A stretch of 34,149 nt of DNA from Candidatus Methylomirabilales bacterium (GTDB lineage Bacteria; Methylomirabilota; Methylomirabilia; Methylomirabilales; CSP1-5). A model generated the notes under the pieces. It searched no databases. It was given only the letters and a program-made list of their open reading frames with translations, and was not told the origin of the DNA. Every line of letters begins with the position of its first letter. Within the stretch, counting starts at the first letter, position 1. The stretch is from NCBI GenBank assembly GCA_046758405.1, contig JBHIAD010000002.1:1-34149 (forward strand). Direction: 5' to 3'. Both the position numbers and the translations under genes were made by a program. This document shows positions 26,321 through 32,100 of the stretch, in pieces.

Positions 26321-27391
26321 TCAGGGAGAGGGTTCCCAGAAGGCAGTGTCGGGATAGATCTGCTTCCAGGCGAACCAGAAGGCCAACGTGGCCGGGACCT
26401 GCTCGAGCCGTGTACCGGCGAGCTTCCCACGCACCGCCTCGCCGGTCAGGGCATTCCAAATGGTCCCGATCTCGGCGTCCTCCATGAAGAGACCCGTGCC
26501 TTCCCGGCGGAGATTCCGGAAGGTGAGGATCAGACCGGCGATCCGGCGCGAGAAGATGGTTCCTGTGGCGCTCTCCCGCGCAAAGACTACGGCAATCGGC
26601 TCCCCCGCCACAACGTCATTGACCAGCGGCACCCGGCTCAGGTGCCGGAATGGGTACGCCATCCGCGCGCCGGAGCGGTCGAGGCCGATCACAAATTCCT
26701 TCCCCGGCAGGCGCGCGTCTGGATTGGTCGTCCCGAAGATCCCGAGCTGGGGCCCTCGAACGTACCCCGCGTAGACGTTGTGCGTTCCGGTCAACCCGAA
26801 GCGGCTCCGCTTGTCGAGGACCTGGCTCTTGGGATGGAGCGCCTTCCATTCCGCCCAGGTGGTGTGGAGGGCTGGAATCATGGTGAGCTTCATCCCCTTG
26901 AGCTTCCCGACGATCGCGCTCCCGGTCACGTGACTCCAGAGGCTCTGAGTCTCTCGGTCATACATGACCAGCGAGTCCTTCCACAGCTTTCCGCTCACCC
27001 CGAAGGTCAGCGGCTTCCCCTTGATTTCCGGACGGACATACACGATGCCCGTATAGCAGAGAGGTCACCACGTCACGGCCACCGGCACCTTCCCGAGCGT
27101 CGTATTCACGATCTCGTGGTGGTTAAGCTGCCAGGTCGAGTAGGCCTTGGCCACCTGGCCGTCGCGGATCCCCAGGACCTGCTCCTCTGGCCGCATCCAC
27201 CTGTCCGCCTCGGCCACTGTCACATACCGCGGATCATCGATGGCCGGGATCGCGTCGACGGGCAAGACGGTCAGGATGGGCGAGCCGCCGACCATCTCCG
27301 GGCCCTGGGCTGCCAGGAACCGGGCCGAGCCGGCCATCCCGATCAGGACACAGACCAGCAGCAGCAGGGTCCCTCCTCTGCACCGGTGCAT
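26321..27391 (-). CDS. exported DUF3179-family protein, contiguous only if the in-frame TGA at 27065-27067 is decoded (candidate selenocysteine); otherwise a freshly split gene
   Basis: Track ORFs 27065-27391 and 26321-27043 share one frame. The joined product has a signal peptide (MHRCRGGTLLLLVCVLIGMAGSARFLAAQ) and DUF3179-like blocks (DAIPAIDDPRYV, WQLNHHEIVNTTLGKVPVAVTW-TGA-PLCYTGIVYVR, LTFGVSGKLWKDSLVMYDRETQSLWSH, FWFAWKQIYPDT). Confidence 0.6.
27036..27057 (-). promoter_or_regulatory. SECIS-like mRNA hairpin immediately 3' of the in-frame UGA
   Basis: The mRNA reads UGA-CCUCUCU-GC-UAUACG-[GGCAU]-CGUGUA-U-GU. There is a 6-bp stem, plus C-G and G.U pairs across a bulged U. The 5-nt apical loop starts with GG, and 15 nt lie between the UGA and the loop. 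Confidence 0.3.
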
Positions 27392-27560
27392 GGTTCCCTC
27401 CGCTCCCCCAGCCAGATGCTGCTCATCGCCCCTTGATCTACTACTCGTTGAACCCGACTCAGGGGAATCCTATTCCGGCCGGCCTCCGGCCGAATCGAGG
27501 TGCAGGCCACTCCACCGACGACGGAAGTGCGCGGGCGAGCCAAATCACCAGGCACCGAAT

Positions 27561-27589
27561 GAAAAAGCCCCCGGGGATTCCCCGAGGGC
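27561..27589 (-). terminator. rho-independent terminator of the lipoprotein gene
   Basis: The minus-strand RNA is GCCCUCGGGG-AAU-CCCCGGGGGC, a 10-bp stem with one G.U, followed by UUUUUC. It starts 22 nt after the stop at 27612-27614. Confidence 0.75.
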
Positions 27590-27611
27590 TCGCTTACCCG
27601 CTACTGGGCGA

Positions 27612-28154
27612 TTACTCCCACCTCTTGCGTCCATGCTTCTGCTTCTTGGGGCCAGCCCAGGGGGGCGGGCCGTCGCGGAGATGTCCGGGTGGCACCTGCG
27701 CCACAGGAACGGGTATCACCTGGACCGCAGCCCAAGGGCCGCCCCATTGGATGGCCGTGTACCACATGCGCCCATCCCAGTAAAAATACCGCCCTTCATA
27801 AAAGAGGATGTGTGAATGCGCATCGACCACGTAGAGTCCCCAGGCCGGCTCAAAGCGCAGCAGCGGCCCGGTGGCAGGCGGTGGTGGCACCTGGAGCGGG
27901 GGTGGTGGCGATACCGGAGCAGGTTGCACCACAGCCTGCCGTTCCTGGGCCTGGTCACGACCCCTGATGTGCGCCTCCCGGACAGGCTTCCCGGTCGTGT
28001 CCCTGATACTCCCCCGTCGTGCTCCTGAGACTCCCCCGTCGCCTGCGCCGATCCTCGCTCTCCTCATCGCTTCCTGGTCCAGGGTGGTAGCCGCCCCCCC
28101 GGCGCAAGCCGCAAGAAAAAGGACCGACAACAGGACAGCCTTCACCCAGCTCAT
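27612..28154 (-). CDS. hypothetical lipoprotein with Pro-rich linker and Trp/Tyr-rich C-terminal domain
   Basis: MSWVKAVLLSVLFLAAC carries a lipobox (LAAC). A GAAGGAGG SD is present. The product has a PPPPLQVPPPPATG linker and a ...YFYWDGRMWYTAIQWGGPW segment. Confidence 0.8.
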   Translation of the reverse strand: MSWVKAVLLSVLFLAACAGGAATTLDQEAMRRARIGAGDGGVSGARRGSIRDTTGKPVREAHIRGRDQAQERQAVVQPAPVSPPPPLQVPPPPATGPLLRFEPAWGLYVVDAHSHILFYEGRYFYWDGRMWYTAIQWGGPWAAVQVIPVPVAQVPPGHLRDGPPPWAGPKKQKHGRKRWE

Positions 28155-28212
28155 GGGTTACCTCCTTCAACGACTCAAACTCATCAGGTCATCAGGATCC
28201 ACGAGGCTGCTG

Positions 28213-28228
28213 AGCAAACGCTGTGCCA
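28213..28228 (-). promoter_or_regulatory. sigma-54 (-24/-12) promoter candidate
   Basis: The minus strand reads TGGCAC-N5-TTGCT (tggcacagcgtttgct), a full consensus match. It lies 58 nt upstream of ATG 28154. Confidence 0.6.
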
Positions 28229-28450
28229 GGCGGCCTCCGCCGTGCAAACCTCCCGAAACTTCTGGGAAAGTCCATTTCCAGGTCTCGGGGTCTGTGAAAG
28301 CGCCCGGTCGCAATTGTTCTCTTTTTCCCCAGCTCAGTCCCCGCGCCACCCACCCGGATAGCGAGAGCGGATTCCGATCCCCAAGGAGAGGGGCGGGTGC
28401 CCCGAAGATGTCCGACCTCGACGGGTCCGTTGGACGAAAGCCGGTGAATC

Positions 28451-28466
28451 TGGTACCCTCATTGCC
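28451..28466 (+). promoter_or_regulatory. sigma-54 (-24/-12) promoter candidate
   Basis: TGGTAC-N5-TTGCC (tggtaccctcattgcc). The C of GC lies 34 nt upstream of ATG 28499. Confidence 0.55.
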
Positions 28467-28498
28467 ACCCTGCGATCCCCCTCCGAGAGGGACCCGGC

Positions 28499-29398
28499 AT
28501 GCCTGTTCTGTACATCGATGCCCACAGCCACGCGCACGGCCTCCCGTGGGACCACTGGGAGATCCTCGGCATGACCGGGTGCGCCGCCGTGGTTCTCTCC
28601 TGCAGCAACCCCCATGCCACCCGCGAGATCTACAACACTCCTCCCGGCCCCGACGAGATGATTCGTTCCTGGGAGCAGCCGCTCCGCCTCGCCCGGGTGG
28701 CCGAGAAGGTCCACCTCTTCAAGGTATACACGGCGGTCGCTGTTTCCTCTCAGACTCGAATCCGGGACTGGGAGCAGCTCCTCGAGCCCCTTCGCGTCTA
28801 CTTGAAGGACCCGCTGGTGGTTGCCGTCGGCGAGCTCGGCCTCGACCCGGTCCAGTACTTCGGCCTCGCCTGGCCCATCGAGGAGCAGACCGAGGCCCTC
28901 ACCGCCCAGCTTCAGATCGCCAAGGAGACCGACAAGCCGGTCATTCTTCACACACCAACCCCCAAAGAGGCTCGGGATTTCCTCGTGGACCTGACCACCG
29001 AAGCGCTCCCACCGCCCGGGGTGTACAAGCGGACTTACCTCGAGGCCGACTTGGATCTGGTCGCACGGGTCGGCCTCGACGAGCGCCGGCTCGTCGTGGA
29101 CCATGCGGACGCGAGTATCATCGAGTTTGTCCTGCGAGAGACAGAGGCCTGGATCGGAATCAGTATCGGCTCATCGCTGAGGCCAACGGGTCCTGGTGAG
29201 GCGGCCGCGCTCGTCGAACGCTACGGCCCTGACCGGATCATGTTGAATTCGGACCACCTCGCCTATATGAGCGTGGACCCCTTCGCCATCCCTCGGGCCG
29301 CGCGCGAGATGGTCCGTCGCGGGCTCGGTGAAACTGCCATCCGGCGAGTCCTCTTTGAAAACGCCTGTGACTTCTACGGACTGGATCTAACCCCCTGA
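28499..29398 (+). CDS. TatD-related metal-dependent hydrolase (amidohydrolase superfamily)
   Basis: IDAHSHAH (HxH), VAVGELGLD, PVILHTP, VVDHAD and LNSDH form a TatD-like metal-ligand pattern. Confidence 0.85.
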   Translation: MPVLYIDAHSHAHGLPWDHWEILGMTGCAAVVLSCSNPHATREIYNTPPGPDEMIRSWEQPLRLARVAEKVHLFKVYTAVAVSSQTRIRDWEQLLEPLRVYLKDPLVVAVGELGLDPVQYFGLAWPIEEQTEALTAQLQIAKETDKPVILHTPTPKEARDFLVDLTTEALPPPGVYKRTYLEADLDLVARVGLDERRLVVDHADASIIEFVLRETEAWIGISIGSSLRPTGPGEAAALVERYGPDRIMLNSDHLAYMSVDPFAIPRAAREMVRRGLGETAIRRVLFENACDFYGLDLTP

Positions 29399-29414
29399 AG
29401 CCTCGGAGTCCCCG

Positions 29415-30080
29415 ATGTCCTCCTGGCCCAGTCTTGTCGAGTTTGGCCAGTTCAGCCTGGTGGCCTTTGGATCGATCCTCTTCATCGTGAACCCAGTCGC
29501 GGCCATCCCGACCTTCCTGGTCCTCACCAGCAAGGACAGCCCCGCACGGCGATCCCGCATTGCCCGGCATGCCGCCTGGACCTGTTTCATCGTCCTCTCC
29601 TGCTTCGCCCTGCTCGGTGGCGTGCTCTTCAAGGTCTTCGGGATCACGCTGGCGGCTTTCCGGATCGCGGGAGGTCTCCTCTTACTCATGATCTCGTTCG
29701 AGATGCTCCAGGGGCGCCGGTCGCGCACACAGGGGAGCGAGCGCGAGACGGAGGAGGCGATTGAGAAGGAGGACGTGGGCGCCACCCCCCTCGGGGTGCC
29801 CATGTTGGCTGGTCCGGGTGCGATCTCGACGGTGATCGTCCTCACCGCCCAGTCGGTGGCGTGGTGGAACCTCCTCCCCGTCTACGGCTCCATCGTCCTG
29901 GTCGCCTGGCTCACGCGGGTCACCTTCGAGGCCGCGGTCCCCATTCAGCGCCGCCTGGGGGAGACCGGGATCGGGGTCCTCACCCGCCTCATGGGGTTGC
30001 TCCTCGCAGCCATCGCGATCCAGTTCGTCCTCGACGGACTCATGGCGAGTGCGCTCTTCGCATCGCGCTCCACCCCCTGA
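29415..30080 (+). CDS. MarC-family (UPF0056) integral membrane protein
   Basis: FIVNPVAAIPTFLVLT, a charged central loop, then TPLGVPMLAGPGAISTVIVL. About 6 TM. Lies 17 nt downstream of the TatD-like gene. Confidence 0.9.
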   Translation: MSSWPSLVEFGQFSLVAFGSILFIVNPVAAIPTFLVLTSKDSPARRSRIARHAAWTCFIVLSCFALLGGVLFKVFGITLAAFRIAGGLLLLMISFEMLQGRRSRTQGSERETEEAIEKEDVGATPLGVPMLAGPGAISTVIVLTAQSVAWWNLLPVYGSIVLVAWLTRVTFEAAVPIQRRLGETGIGVLTRLMGLLLAAIAIQFVLDGLMASALFASRSTP

Positions 30081-30262
30081 GGACTTCGGCGGTCAAGCCA
30101 CTCTCGACGCACGCCCATCGTCCTCTCGGGCCAGGCTCTCCTACATCCATCTGTACCCGAGCGCACCTACCACGTAACTTGAAAAGCCACATCGGTTGAG
30201 GGACTATAGCTCTGATGCCGCGGGACTCGTCCGATGGTGGGCACACGGGAGACTGTGGAGAG

Positions 30263-30952
30263 ATGATGGCCGAACAGTTCATGATCCAGCGTCAGTTCCC
30301 CCGTTTCCCCCTACAGCTCCCCGTCCTGTTTCGGTGTCAGGGGGAGCAGGAAGGACCCCGGGCGGGGGTCGGGACGACCCGGGACCTCAGCGAGGGAGGG
30401 GTCTGTCTGGAACTCGACTACCGCTATCCCGTGGGGACCACCCTTTCCCTCATCATCCAAGGAGAGGGGACAAACGTCGAGGCGACCGCCCGCGTCGCCT
30501 GGGCAGGGCAGCCCTCCCCCGAAGGCCACATCCCCCATGGAATGCAGTTCGCCGAGCTCACCCCCGAGCAGCAGGAGGGGCTCCGCAAGCTCCTCCCCCA
30601 GGGGGGGTTTGTCCGGCGGGGATCCGTGAGGGTTCCGGTCGAACTCGAGGCCCGGTGTCAGCCCGCCCTCGGGACGGGGGATCCCCTGATCGGTCGGACG
30701 GCCGACATCAGCCGGAGGGGGGCACAGGTGATCCTCTCGCAGCTCCTCCCGGTCATGAGCGAAGTCTCTATCACGCTCTGTACACCCACCGGCGAAATCC
30801 GCCAGCGCGCGCAAGTTCGCTGGGCCGCACCCACCGAGGGGGAGCAGTTCCGCCACGGCCTCCAGTTTCTGGAGATCAACTGGGAGGCCGACGCGTTCCT
30901 CTCCCAGCTTCTGGCAGCCGGACGGGCAGACAACGCTCCGCCTCCCCCGTGA
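30263..30952 (+). CDS. tandem PilZ-domain protein
   Basis: RQFPR...DLSEGG and RGSVR...DISRRG. Close paralog of 1719-2393. ATG 30263/30266 was chosen by N-terminal alignment with the paralog; the ORF track begins at 30215. Confidence 0.85.
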   Translation: MMAEQFMIQRQFPRFPLQLPVLFRCQGEQEGPRAGVGTTRDLSEGGVCLELDYRYPVGTTLSLIIQGEGTNVEATARVAWAGQPSPEGHIPHGMQFAELTPEQQEGLRKLLPQGGFVRRGSVRVPVELEARCQPALGTGDPLIGRTADISRRGAQVILSQLLPVMSEVSITLCTPTGEIRQRAQVRWAAPTEGEQFRHGLQFLEINWEADAFLSQLLAAGRADNAPPPP

Positions 30953-31141
30953 ACCCCTCCTCTCACCTATGGCACGCTGACGCGCGCAAATCATTTGCCG
31001 CTAGACGAACAAGCATGCTCGGAGGGATTGTTGATGGTAGGATAAGACCACGACTTGCGAGACAAATTGCGTCGCCCATCCGCAACCTGAAAAGCACATA
31101 CCCCTTACGGGATTCCGCTACCACTGGAGGGCCGCTTGACT

Positions 31142-31951
31142 CTAGTACCGCCCGAACCTGTAGGACAGCTCGAACCCCACTCCGAAATCGGGACTCCCGT
31201 CACTCAGGCCGACGAACACGTAGGGGCTCACGGTGGTGGTCCGGGTTCGCCTGAAGCTCAGGGTCCCCACCAGTTCGACCGGGTCATCGATTCCCGCCAC
31301 CAGCGAACGACGCCAGTCGATCAGCGCGCTGAGGCTGATGGCCTGCGACAGCTCCGCGCCGGCCCCGACGCTTGCCGCCGGCCGGTTGCGCAAGTTCCGC
31401 CCCGGCGGGTCCCCGATCACCGTGTAGCTCACGTCCCCGAAGAGGAAGAAGGGCCCGAACTGCTTGTCGAACTCGAGCCCAAAGCCGTAATCGGTCTCGC
31501 CGGTGCCCAGGTTCTTGTCCTCATCGGCGGTCGGGATCTTGACTTTGACGAAAGGGGTCAGGCCGGGAACGGGTGAGCCGGGGCCCGGATCGTCCAACAG
31601 ATAGACGCGACCCTTGACCACCGTGTCGCCAACCCCGGTCTCCGACGCCACGACTCCCTCCTCGCCCGCGATCTGTGCCGCAATCCCTTCGATCAGCGTC
31701 ACGCCCTCTGCCGCCTCGAAGTGGACGAAGGATCCGGTCACGCCGAGGTCGAACCGATCCCCGAGGTACCGGAGGGTCACCGGGACAAACACGGTCCGGG
31801 TCGTGGTCGGCGTGCCGAAGTCCCCCTCGTCGTAGGCGGCACCGATCTTGAACTGGAAGTGCTCCCGCTCCGCGGCCCAGCCGGTGACCGCGGTGGTGAG
31901 GCAGGTGGCCAGGAAAAGAGCAGAAACACACGTCGTCACTCGCCCGTCCAT
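31142..31951 (-). CDS. outer-membrane beta-barrel protein (MetA/phenol-degradation-like transporter family, tentative)
   Basis: Signal peptide MDGRVTTCVSALFLATCLTTAVTGWA, alternating beta-strand pattern, and a C-terminal ...ELSYRFGRY with an aromatic terminus. An alternative GTG start is at 31969. Confidence 0.7.
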   Translation of the reverse strand: MDGRVTTCVSALFLATCLTTAVTGWAAEREHFQFKIGAAYDEGDFGTPTTTRTVFVPVTLRYLGDRFDLGVTGSFVHFEAAEGVTLIEGIAAQIAGEEGVVASETGVGDTVVKGRVYLLDDPGPGSPVPGLTPFVKVKIPTADEDKNLGTGETDYGFGLEFDKQFGPFFLFGDVSYTVIGDPPGRNLRNRPAASVGAGAELSQAISLSALIDWRRSLVAGIDDPVELVGTLSFRRTRTTTVSPYVFVGLSDGSPDFGVGFELSYRFGRY

Positions 31952-32036
31952 CCTCTCCCCCCTTCGCACCGTTGGAAGATGGCTGCATTCTCTCCTGCCG
32001 CCAAATTCACCTGTGTCACCCTTTCTTCAGATCGCT

Positions 32037-32076
32037 GAAAAAGAAAGAAGGGTGGCAGCCTTGGAGGCTGCCACCC
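32037..32076 (-). terminator. rho-independent terminator of the repeat-protein gene
   Basis: The minus-strand RNA is GGGUGGCAGCC-UCCAA-GGCUGCCACCC, an 11-bp perfect stem, followed by UUCUUUCUUUUUC. It starts 25 nt after the stop at 32101-32103. Confidence 0.8.
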
Positions 32077-32100
32077 AGGGATCGTAAGGCCGGTGACTAC

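Noticed and set aside
27472-27495. 10-bp GC-rich hairpin (ATTC-C-GGCCGG-CCT-CCGGCC-GAAT) between the lipoprotein terminator and the DUF3179 start
   Set aside because: There is no U-tract, and the real terminator of the upstream gene is at 27561-27589. It could be a leader structure of the DUF3179 mRNA, but nothing specific supports a function.
27871-29199. 442-aa plus-strand ORF spanning the lipoprotein and TatD-like genes
   Set aside because: The product is low-complexity Pro/Arg/Gly-rich. It is out of frame with the TatD-like gene, which carries the HxH and other metal-ligand motifs, and antisense to the lipoprotein gene, which has a lipobox, SD, promoter and terminator.
30196-31254. 352-aa plus-strand ORF overlapping tandem-PilZ gene 30263-30952 in another frame
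   Set aside because: The product is Arg/Pro/Gly-rich with no motifs. The PilZ frame is supported by two RxxxR/DxSxxG pairs and by paralogy.
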